Source of the DNA: Verrucomicrobiota bacterium
GTDB lineage: Bacteria > Verrucomicrobiota > Verrucomicrobiia > Limisphaerales > J093
Assembly: GCA_016871715.1 (NCBI GenBank)
Contig: VHCO01000141.1
Location: 1-21,296, forward strand
Direction of reading: 5' to 3'
DNA length: 21,296 nt
How positions within the stretch are numbered: position 1 is the first letter of the stretch; each line of letters begins with the position of its first letter. The notes under the pieces are model-generated. The model was not told the DNA's origin. It saw only the letters and a program-made list of their open reading frames with translations, and did no database searches. Made by a program: the position numbers and the translations under genes. Shown piece after piece: positions 9,442 through 17,300 of the stretch.

Positions 9442-9506
9442 CTGTTCCTTCGTGTATTTGAGTTAAACAACCAACAGAGAACAACCAAATCAACGAAAGG
9501 AACACC
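9440..9506 (+). promoter_or_regulatory. hsp20 leader with anti-SD (CUCUGUUCCUUCG) complementary to the SD region (CGAAAGGAACACC): candidate RNA thermometer
   Basis: 9443-9450 tgttcctt is the exact reverse complement of 9497-9504 aaggaaca, which is the Shine-Dalgarno 3 nt before the ATG. Extended pairing ctctgttccttcg/cgaa(a)ggaacacc gives ~11 bp with one bulge. The same upstream segment (ctctgtt) can alternatively pair with aacagag at 9473-9479. Confidence 0.3.
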
Positions 9507-9974
9507 ATGAAACTGATGCGATTCAATCAGCCGGACCTCTGGGCGGTGTCGCCCATCGAGCGTATGAGCAGTCTGCGCGACCAAATCAACCGCCTCTTCG
9601 AGGCGCCCTTCGGTGAACTGGCGCGCGCGGGTGAGTTCTTCAACGGTTGGGCGCCTGCCCTGGACCTACGCGAGGACAAAGAGAATCTCGTGGCCTCGAT
9701 CGAACTGCCAGGACTTAAGAAGGAGCAAATCGATGTGTCGGTGCACGACGGCGTCCTGAGCGTTGCCGGCGAGCGGGCCGACGAGAGCTCGAACCAAGAG
9801 GCGACCTGCTATCGAACCGAGCGTTTCTACGGCCGCTTCCATCGGACGCTGACGCTGCCCAAGCCGGTGAAGGTGGACGCCATCAAGGCAACTTACAAAG
9901 ACGGCATCCTGACCGTCACGTTGCCGAAGACCGAGGAAGCCAAACCGAAACAGATCACCGTCAACGTCGGCTAA
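9507..9974 (+). CDS. Small heat-shock protein, Hsp20/alpha-crystallin family (155 aa)
   Basis: The alpha-crystallin domain is present: WAPALDLREDKENLVASIELPGLKKEQIDVSVHDGVLSVAGER......GRFHRTLTLPKPVKVDAIKATYKDGILTVTLPK (the G-x-L-x-V/I-x-L-P-K C-terminal hallmark). There is a good RBS, aaaggaaca, before the ATG. Stop TAA is at 9972-9974. Confidence 0.9.
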   Translation: MKLMRFNQPDLWAVSPIERMSSLRDQINRLFEAPFGELARAGEFFNGWAPALDLREDKENLVASIELPGLKKEQIDVSVHDGVLSVAGERADESSNQEATCYRTERFYGRFHRTLTLPKPVKVDAIKATYKDGILTVTLPKTEEAKPKQITVNVG

Positions 9975-9983
9975 ACACGGACT

Positions 9984-10012
9984 GTTCCTGGCGGGGACAC
10001 CCCGCCAGGAAC
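9984..10012 (+). terminator. GC-rich hairpin (13-bp stem, 3-nt loop) between the two hsp20 genes; partial terminator or attenuator, with no U-tract
   Basis: gttcctggcgggg (9984-9996) / aca / ccccgccaggaac (10000-10012) form a perfect 13-bp inverted repeat beginning 10 nt after the TAA of hsp20-1. What follows is cgcaacccc, not a T-run. Confidence 0.4.
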
Positions 10013-10041
10013 CGCAACCCCATCGACCTGAGGAAACCCAA

Positions 10042-10419
10042 ATGAACTCATTGACCAAAACCGACCGCAGCCGCGAGGCGGCTGCGATGCCCGAAACCCC
10101 GTACGTCACGCCCGCAGTCGACATCGCCGAAACCAAGGAAGCTTACCTTCTGCGCGCGGACATGCCCGGCGTGACCAAGAACGGTCTCGAGATCCAACTC
10201 GAGGCCAACGAACTCACGATTGTGGGCCACCGCGCTGACGCCCGGGAAGGGAGCTACTTGCACCGCGAGTCCAGCACCCACGATTTCCGGCGGACCTTCG
10301 TCATCGACCCGACCATCGATGCGTCGCGCATCTCCGCCAAGATCGAGCAGGGCGTTCTGACGGTGCACCTGCCCAAGACCGATCAGGTTAAACCGCGTCG
10401 GATCAACGTGACCGAGTGA
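10042..10419 (+). CDS. Small heat-shock protein, Hsp20/alpha-crystallin family (125 aa), second tandem copy
   Basis: AVDIAETKEAYLLRADMPGVTKNGLEIQLEANELTIVGHRA......FRRTFVIDPTIDASRISAKIEQGVLTVHLPKT shows the same domain pattern. The RBS gaggaaa lies 6 nt before ATG 10042. Stop TGA is at 10417-10419. Confidence 0.85.
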   Translation: MNSLTKTDRSREAAAMPETPYVTPAVDIAETKEAYLLRADMPGVTKNGLEIQLEANELTIVGHRADAREGSYLHRESSTHDFRRTFVIDPTIDASRISAKIEQGVLTVHLPKTDQVKPRRINVTE

Positions 10420-10422
10420 CTT

Positions 10423-10505
10423 GCTGCTGGGCCCTCCTGGGCCGTCCCAGCAGCGTGCCGTTCCACGCCACCCCTCTCCTTCGCTCGTCGAGGGAGAGGG
10501 TTTTT
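10423..10505 (+). terminator. Two tandem hairpins ending in GC-stem + TTTTT: a Rho-independent terminator of the hsp20 operon, possibly bidirectional since it also serves convergent hypC
   Basis: Hairpin 1 is gctgctggg (10423-10431) / cccagcagc (10446-10454). Hairpin 2 is ccctctcc...ctcg t cgag ggagaggg (10472-10500), immediately followed by ttttt (10501-10505). It is located between the stop of hsp20-2 (10419) and the stop of minus-strand hypC (10517). Confidence 0.6.
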
Positions 10506-10516
10506 CCCGCCTCCTC

Positions 10517-10816
10517 TCACTCTGCCGCACCCAAGCTCGCCCGGTCCGCAGATCGGGGCGCAGGCTGGGAACCCTCCGCGAGTTCCGCTAAGCCCTCCAT
10601 CTCCCGCAGGTACTCGAAGACTTGGTTGGCTTCGGCTTCGTCCACCAGGCTCAAGGCACAGCCGACGTGAACCACGGCGTAGTCGCCCACCTTCGCCTCC
10701 GGCACATAGGCCATACTCACTTCCTTGACCACCCCGCCAAAGCTCACCCGGCCGGTGCGAGTCATCGGATCGTCACCGCTCAGGCTGAGAATCTTGCCGG
10801 GAATCGCCAAGCACAT
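10517..10816 (-). CDS. hypC: Hydrogenase maturation factor HypC/HupF family (99 aa)
   Basis: The minus ORF contains the defining N-terminus MCLAIPGKI (Met-Cys start; ATG at 10814-10816, and the tracked ORF start 10852 is upstream of it). The conserved core is GRVSFGGVVKEVSMAYVPEAKVGDYAVVHVGCALSLVDEAEANQVFEYL, comparable to E. coli HypC ...[28 protein letters not shown]. There is a C-terminal extension of ~20 aa beyond typical HypC. Confidence 0.8.
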   Translation of the reverse strand: MCLAIPGKILSLSGDDPMTRTGRVSFGGVVKEVSMAYVPEAKVGDYAVVHVGCALSLVDEAEANQVFEYLREMEGLAELAEGSQPAPRSADRASLGAAE

Positions 10817-11145
10817 AGGACGGCAGAATAAAGAACCCAGCGCGGTTGGCAAGCGGAGCGAACATGGAGGCAGCGATTTCGGAAGCTGGTCGGGATCTCT
10901 GGGCGAAACGGTTCACGAGGGCTGCAGCAAGCTGTGACGCCGGGCCTCCGAAGGCCGTGGCGCCCAGCTCGAGGAACAACGCCGCCACCGAACGCTGCGG
11001 GCAATTACGGTTCGATTTTGCGGGTGGACAACTTCGATTGCACGGCGGCGGTTGCGAGCCCGTTTACGAGGAAATGCTGGCGATCCCGATCCTCACGAAA
11101 GAGGTCCAGTGTGGCGGGACGCGGTCTTGCGCTCCGAACGTGTGG

Positions 11146-11370
11146 CTACGCGGGGACCGGGGCAGTCTTGCGGCGGGTGCCGGGGCGGATCGAAACCACA
11201 TGCATCGGGTCAATGATGTCCAGCAGTCCTTTTGCGTCCTCGATCACCACATTGTGCCGGCCTACCAGGACGAATTCCGGGTGCGGCACGCGGAACTCCT
11301 TGCCGTCGGAAGTGCGGATAATCATGGGGCGCTGCCCTATCAGTTGCTGCCGAATCAATTCCCGATTCAT
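11146..11370 (-). CDS. Hypothetical small protein (74 aa), no family recognised
   Basis: ATG at 11368-11370. GC3 is strongly biased like the genuine genes, and the amino-acid composition is balanced and non-low-complexity (MNRELIRQQLIGQRPMIIRTSDGKEFRVPHPEFVLVGRHNVVIEDAKGLLDIIDPMHVVSIRPG). The overlapping plus-strand ORFs are R/P/A-rich junk. Confidence 0.4.
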   Translation of the reverse strand: MNRELIRQQLIGQRPMIIRTSDGKEFRVPHPEFVLVGRHNVVIEDAKGLLDIIDPMHVVSIRPGTRRKTAPVPA

Positions 11371-11633
11371 GCCGCATGTATGGCCCGAAAGCGGGCTTGG
11401 GTCAAGCCCCGTGCCTGTCCAAACATCAGCGATTTGGGAAGGTCGAAAGGTCGCAACGCAAGGAGTATGAACTCGCCAGGATTTTGTAGCTGCACTTCCA
11501 CAGGCTGGCCTGTTAGCCTGCGCCGTGATGCCGCCTCCCGATACCAGGATCGACCCGCCCGAACCGACCCGGTGGCTGCGCCTGGGCCATCGCGGCGGGG
11601 CCGGCGGGCGGAAAGCCGTACCTTGCGCCGCCT

Positions 11634-12356
11634 ATGCCTGAGGCCATCTCGATCGTGCTCGCCGAGGCCGTGCGCCTAGTGAACTTGCCGCTGACGCTGC
11701 TGCTGATCCTTGTGGTCCTGTACTGGCTGCTGGTGATCTTGGGCGGAGTGGACGCGGCGGTGCATGGCGGGCACATCGAGCTGGACGCCGGCCATGTCGA
11801 GGGCGGCCACGGCGACCTGGGCCACGCGGAACCCGGCGCCGCCGGCCATGGTCATGGCGAAGGCCTCGAGGGGGCAGGCGCGCATGGGTGGGGGTGGGTC
11901 CTAAGTTTCCTGCACCTCGGCCAAGTGCCCGCGACCGCCGTGTTCAGTGTGCTCACGTTGTGCCTGTGGACGTTTTCGTTGCTCGGCAATTTCCACTTCA
12001 ACGCCGGCTACCACCTCGGGTTGGCGGCGGCGTTGCTCCTACCCAATCTCCTGGTGAGCGTCGTGCTCACCCACTTCCTGGTGTTGCCGCTCAAACCGCT
12101 GTTTCGCATGCTGAACAAAGACTACGACGCCGCCGCCCCCATCATCGGCCAGATCTGTGAGGTCGCCACGGGCCACGCCGATGCGCACTTCGGCCAGGCG
12201 AATATCTCGACCCGAGGCGCCCCGATCACGATCCAGGTGCGCGCCGCCCCGGGCGAAGTGCTGCGCCGGGGGCAAAAGGCTATGGTGGTTGGGCGCGACG
12301 AACAACACGGCTTTTACGAAATCCGCAAATACGACGAACCTCAACTGGAGCAATAG
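11634..12356 (+). CDS. yqiJ: YqiJ-like (DUF1449) membrane protein with C-terminal NfeD-type OB-fold, flotillin partner (240 aa), with an expanded His/Gly-rich loop
   Basis: The architecture matches E. coli YqiJ. TM1 is LPLTLLLILVVLYWLLVILGG, followed by a His-rich loop (E. coli ALDAHLDHYDSIATGHISH; here VDAAVHGGHIELDAGHVEGGHGDLGHAEPGAAGHGHGE). TM2 FLHLGQVPATAVFSVLTLCLW corresponds to E. coli YLNIGRLPALVVLCLLAGF. After TM3 comes a C-terminal beta-barrel, GQICEVATGHA...GEVLRRGQKAMVVGRDEQHGFYEIRKY. The gene ends 3 nt before the flotillin ATG. Confidence 0.8.
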   Translation: MPEAISIVLAEAVRLVNLPLTLLLILVVLYWLLVILGGVDAAVHGGHIELDAGHVEGGHGDLGHAEPGAAGHGHGEGLEGAGAHGWGWVLSFLHLGQVPATAVFSVLTLCLWTFSLLGNFHFNAGYHLGLAAALLLPNLLVSVVLTHFLVLPLKPLFRMLNKDYDAAAPIIGQICEVATGHADAHFGQANISTRGAPITIQVRAAPGEVLRRGQKAMVVGRDEQHGFYEIRKYDEPQLEQ

Positions 12357-12359
12357 CAT

Positions 12360-14393
12360 ATGGTGGAAGGCATCTTGACCATCGTCACCGTGATCGGGGT
12401 TATTATCCTGGTCGGGTTCCTGATCCTGCTGGTCCGCTGCTACCGCAAGGTCGAACAAGGCCAAGCCCTCGTCCGCAACGGCGTCGGCGGCACCAAGGTC
12501 TCCTTCTCCGGCATGATCGTGCTCCCCGTCCTCCACCGGGCCGAGTACATGAATATCTCGGTCCACCGCGTCGAGATCGACCGCCGCGGTGCGGTGGGAT
12601 TGATCTGCCGCGATAACCTGCGCGCGGACATCACCGTGGCGTTCTTCGTGCGGGTCAATAAGACCGTCGAGGACGTGCTCAAGGTGGCCCAGACCATCGG
12701 GTGCGCTCGCGCCTCGAGCCGCGAGGCCATTGTCGAGCTGTTCGACGCCAAGTTCTCCGAGGGCCTCAAGACCGTCGGGCGCCAGTTCGACTTCGTCGAG
12801 CTCTACAATTCCCGCGAGAAATTCCGCGATGAGATCATCAAGGTGATCGGGACCGACCTCAACGGGTATGTGCTCGAGGACGCGGCCATCGATTACCTCG
12901 AACAAACCAGCCTCGAACACCTCAACCCGGACAACATCCTCGACTCCGAGGGCATCAAGAAGATCACCGAACTGACCGCCACACAGGCCAAGCTCGCCAA
13001 CAACATTTCCCGCGACAAAGAGAAAGTCATCACCCGCCAAAATGTCGAGGCCCAAGAGACCATCCTCGAGCTCAACCGCCAGTTGGCTGAAGCCACCGAG
13101 AAGCAAAAGCGCGAGGTCGCGTCCGTCAAGGCCCGCGAAGAAGCCGAAGCCCGCAAGATCGAGCACGAACAACGGCTCCGCGCCGAGCAGGCACGCATCG
13201 CGACGGACGAGGAGATCGCCGTGGCGGACGAAAACAAGAATCGCCAGATTGTCGTCGCCCAAAAGAACCGCGAACGCACCGCCGCCGTCGAGACCGAGCG
13301 TGTCGAGAAAGACCGCTTGCTCGAAGTCACCGAGCGCGAACGCATCGTCGCCCTGGCCAACATCGAGAAGAACAAGGCCATCGAAATCGAACAGAAGAAG
13401 ATCCAAGACGTCATCCGTGAGCGCGTCATGGTCCAGAAGACCGTCGTGGCCGAGCAGGAACGCATCAAGGACACCGAAGCCTTCGCGACCGCTGACCGCC
13501 AAAAACGCGTGGTGGTCACCGCGGCGGAAATGAAAGCCGAAGAAGCCCTCGTCCAGGAAATCAAGGCGGCGGAGGCGGTCAAGAAATCCACCGAACTCCA
13601 GGCGGAGGCGGAGAAATACCGCGTCGAGCGCACGGCGGAGGCCGCGCGAAACGCGGCGCAGGTCCACGCGGAACAGGTTGTCCTCGAGGCCGACGCAGAG
13701 TTCAAGGCGGCCGAGCGCCAAGCCGCGGCCAAAAAGACCCTCGCCGAAGGCGTCACGGCCGAGACGGCGGCGCCGGGACTTGGCGAGGCGCAGGTGCTCG
13801 AGGCCCGGGCCGGCGCCCTGCAAGAGCAGGGCGAAGCCGAAGCCAACGTTATGCGCCTCAAGTTCCACAGTGAGGCCGAGGGGATCAAGGAGAAGGCCGA
13901 GGCGATGAAGATCTTCGACGGCGTCGGCCGCGACCACGAGGAGTTCAAGCTCCGCCTCAACAAGGAACGCGACGTGGACCTGGCCCTCATCCACATCCAG
14001 AAGGACATCGCCGAGCAACAAGCGCGGGTCCTGGGCGAAGCGCTCAAGAGCGCCAAAGTCGACATCGTGGGCGGCGACGCGGCGTTCTTCGACAAGATCG
14101 TGGGCGCCATTTCCGCCGGGAAATCCGTCGACCGCATGTTGGCGAACAGCCAGGCGCTCACCGACCTCAAGGCCGCCTTGTTCGACGGCGATCCCGAACA
14201 GTTTCGCAACCAAGTGCAACGCTGGGTCGGGCGGTTCGGCCTCTCGACCGAGGACGTCAAGAACCTGACGATCGCCGCGGCGCTGACGAAGATGATCGCC
14301 TTGAGCCAGGACGGGCGCGCCAAGCGCGCATTGCAGAGCTTGCTCGACCTGGGCAGCCAACTCGGCTTGAACCAGCAGCCGCTCCATGAGTGA
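12360..14393 (+). CDS. yqiK: Flotillin / SPFH (band-7) domain protein, YqiK-type (677 aa)
   Basis: There is an N-terminal TM (ILTIVTVIGVIILVGFLILLV) followed by an SPFH domain closely parallel to E. coli YqiK. The pairs are LVRNGVGGTKVSFSGMIVLPVLH vs FVRTGLGGQKVVMSGGAIVMPIFH, RADITVAFFVRVNKTVEDV vs RVDVVVAFFVRVKPSVEGI, and LEQTSLEHLNPDNILDSEGIKKIT vs FNQTSKEHFNPNNAFDAEGLTKLT. A long E/A/R/K-rich coiled-coil flotillin region follows. RBS ggag is 9 nt upstream. Confidence 0.9.
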   Translation: MVEGILTIVTVIGVIILVGFLILLVRCYRKVEQGQALVRNGVGGTKVSFSGMIVLPVLHRAEYMNISVHRVEIDRRGAVGLICRDNLRADITVAFFVRVNKTVEDVLKVAQTIGCARASSREAIVELFDAKFSEGLKTVGRQFDFVELYNSREKFRDEIIKVIGTDLNGYVLEDAAIDYLEQTSLEHLNPDNILDSEGIKKITELTATQAKLANNISRDKEKVITRQNVEAQETILELNRQLAEATEKQKREVASVKAREEAEARKIEHEQRLRAEQARIATDEEIAVADENKNRQIVVAQKNRERTAAVETERVEKDRLLEVTERERIVALANIEKNKAIEIEQKKIQDVIRERVMVQKTVVAEQERIKDTEAFATADRQKRVVVTAAEMKAEEALVQEIKAAEAVKKSTELQAEAEKYRVERTAEAARNAAQVHAEQVVLEADAEFKAAERQAAAKKTLAEGVTAETAAPGLGEAQVLEARAGALQEQGEAEANVMRLKFHSEAEGIKEKAEAMKIFDGVGRDHEEFKLRLNKERDVDLALIHIQKDIAEQQARVLGEALKSAKVDIVGGDAAFFDKIVGAISAGKSVDRMLANSQALTDLKAALFDGDPEQFRNQVQRWVGRFGLSTEDVKNLTIAAALTKMIALSQDGRAKRALQSLLDLGSQLGLNQQPLHE

Positions 14394-17300
14394 AGCACCC
14401 ACGGCCGCCCCGGCGCCGGCCGCCCCCGCCACCCTCGAGAGCGGCACCTACGAGATCCTCCGGGACCGCCTCCAGGCCCGCGCCCGGGAACTGCAGGAGC
14501 GCCTCGGCCAATTGGACACCGCCCGGCGCGCGGTGTTTGGCTCGCTCGGCTTCGCCCTGGTGGGCACGGAGTGGGTGGTCACCGCGCACAACTGCATGCC
14601 GAGCGACCTGGTGGCCATCGGAGGCAACCGGTTCCTCTTTGGCTACAACGTCTTCATCGGACTGAAGTCGCAAACCGACGTGGCCGACGTCTTCGCCGCT
14701 TACGAGAAACACGAGCACAGCTTCCGCCCCACCGCACTCACCTGGCTGGCCGACGAACGGTTCCAGGCCGATTTCCACAGCCTCTACCGCTACTACCGCC
14801 AAACTCAGTTCGCCAAGTTCTCGATCCTCGGCCCGCATCTGTTCATGGTCTTCCGCGTGGGCCCGCAGATCTCCGACATCAAGACCTTCAAGTGGCTGCT
14901 CACACCCGACGGACTCGCCTACCAAGGCAACCGCAGCGACCACGAATTCCGCTACCCTCCGCAACACGAGTTCGAGTGGACCCGCACCCACCGCGACCTC
15001 CATCGCCAGGGGCCCCATCCGCACATCTCGATCGCCGACCGGCTTTTCGTCGAGACCATCGGCGGCGACCTCACCATCAAGATCGAGGATAACACCGCCA
15101 CCGGCGCGGGCATCTACGCGGAGCCGGTCGCCCACCGCGATCAGACCTTGGACGACGCGGAGATCTTCTACGCCATCCTGGGCCATCTGATCCTGCTCAA
15201 GATCCGGCCCTACCAGGAAGATCACTACCGCTATTTCGTCTACAACGAAAAGCTCCGCCAGGTCCGCCGGATCGACACCCTCGCCGACGCCTGCGTCTTG
15301 CTGCCCAACCATCACGGGATCATCTTTTCGAACGGGTACTACCTGCAACTGGGCGAGTGCAAACAGTACCCGGGCACGCTCACCGACATGACGTTCGAGC
15401 GGCGCGTCGCCTCTCCCAACGGCGAAGATCACCTCTACGTGTTCTACAATCGCCAGGACGGCCTCTACGTCCTGATGTCCTACAACGTCATCGCCCAACA
15501 GGTCGAAGCCCCGGTCCTCTGCAACGGTTTCTCCCTCTTTGCCAACGGCGAACTCGCCCTCTTCAAAGCCCAGGCCGAACCCCAAAAACATCACGTCCTC
15601 CAAATCTGGCAAACGCCGTATCGCACCGGCGAATCGCCCCTCCCCGAACAGCAGGATTCCTACCTGTTCAAGATCGGCAACCCCGCCATCGTCCGGTGCA
15701 TGGCCGAGTGTCACGAACTGCTCAGCCTCCTGCGCAAGGACGATACTTACGCCGACCTCTACGTGGACCTGGTCAAGCGCGCCGACGACGTTCTGAACGC
15801 CTACTTCTGGCTCGACCACCCGGAGGCCTGCGGCCTCCGGGACGTGCTCCAGGCCATCCACACCGCCGCCGCCGGCGCCGTCGACGAATTCGATAAGGTC
15901 GCCCGCCTGCGCCACCACGCCCGCTCGGAACTCGCCCGCGTCAGTCAGAACGCCCGCGCCCTGATCGAGTCTGTCCAGGGGGCGCTCTACGAAGAGATCC
16001 TCGAGTACGTCGAGCACCTCGCCCGACTGCGCGCCCAGCGCGGCGAATTGATCGCCCTAAAGGAGGTCCGCTACGTCGACGCGGCACAGGTCGAATCCCT
16101 CGAGGCGGAGGTGGCGGATCAGGCCGAGGCGCTGGCGCACCGGTGCGTCGAGTTCCTCCTCCAGCCGGATGCCCTGGCACCCTACCACGCCCAGGCAGTC
16201 GCCCACCGCGCCGCCTGCGACGGCCTCGAGAAAGTCGCCGAGGTCAAGCAGGTCGAGGCCCAAGTCGCGCAATCCGCGACGAACCTCGAGCTGCTGATCG
16301 AAATCGTCAGCAACTTGAAGATCGAGGACGCCACCCAGACCACCCGTATCGTCGAGAACATCTCCGGCGTCTACGCCGAGCTGAACCAAGTCCAAGCCCG
16401 GCTGAAACGGCGTCGCCAAGAACTCCAGCAGGTGGAAGGCGCCGCCCAGTTTGCCGCCCAGATGCGGCTGCTCGACCAAAGCGCCGTCAACTACCTCGAG
16501 GTCTGCGCCGCCCCCGAGCGCTGCGACGAGTACCTCAACAAGCTCCTCGTCCACCTGACCGAACTCGAAGGACGCTTCGCCGATTTCGACGCGTTCCAGG
16601 CGCCCCTGGCCGAGAAACGCGAAGAGCTCTACGCCGCCTTCGAGGGCCGCAAAGTCGCCTTGGTCGCCGCCCGCAGCCAGCGCGCCCAGAACCTGATGAC
16701 CGCTGCCGAGCGCATCCTCAAAGGCATCGCCCAGCGCGCCCAGCAGTTCGATGCGCTCCAGGACATTCATGGCTTCTTTGCCGCCGACCTGATGGTCGAG
16801 CGCGTGCGCGAACTGGTGCGGCAACTCCTCGAACTGGACGACCCGGTCCGCGCCGGCAACCTGCAGACCCGCCTCAAGACCCTGCGCGAAGAGGCCGTGC
16901 GCCAGCTCAAAGACCGCCAAGACCTCTTCGTCGATGGGCGCAACCTCATCCAATTCGGCCGCCACAAGTTCACCGTTAACCATCAACCGATCGAGATCAC
17001 CTTGGTTCGGCGCGACGACGACCTGTTCTACCACCTCACCGGGACCCAGTTCTTCGAGCGCGTCGAAGATGCCGAACTGCTCGCCACCCGGTCGGTCTGG
17101 ACCCAGGAACTCGTCTCGGAGAACCCCGAGGTCTATCGCGCGGAGTACCTCGCCTATCAACTCCTCCGGACTCTCGATCGGCCCGGAGCCGATCCCAGTC
17201 TCGCCGCCCTGGCGGAGGGGAGCCTCGAAGCCTGCCAAGGACAGGTCCAGCACTTCATGGCCCCGCGCTACGCGGAAGGCTACGTCAAAGGCGTGCACGA

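Larger units (their letters stand above)
9240..9506 (+). promoter_or_regulatory. AT-rich divergent intergenic/promoter-leader region between the giant surface-protein gene (minus) and the hsp20 pair (plus)
   Basis: This ~270-bp stretch is visibly AT-rich (e.g. ttgataaaagagtcataaagtctcggttatttcag, gagttaaacaaccaacagagaacaaccaaatcaacgaaagg) within an otherwise ~67% GC window. It is flanked by divergently oriented gene starts and contains the RBS aaaggaaca immediately 5' of ATG 9507. Confidence 0.5.

Noticed and set aside
9240-9506. Searched the hsp20 upstream region for CIRCE (TTAGCACTC-N9-GAGTGCTAA), HAIR (CTTGAGT-N7-ACTCAAG) and sigma-32 (TTGAAA...CCCCAT) elements
   Set aside because: There are only partial half-site resemblances (agcgct / agtgct as direct, not inverted, repeats) and no convincing match. 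HrcA/HspR/sigma-32 control is not supported by the sequence.
10846-11679. 277-aa plus-strand ORF spanning the hypC upstream gap and the 74-aa ORF
   Set aside because: It is R/P/S/A-rich with no start context and overlaps the better-supported minus-strand 74-aa ORF. It is probably spurious, though the 330-bp gap 10817-11145 itself remains unexplained and could hold an ncRNA.
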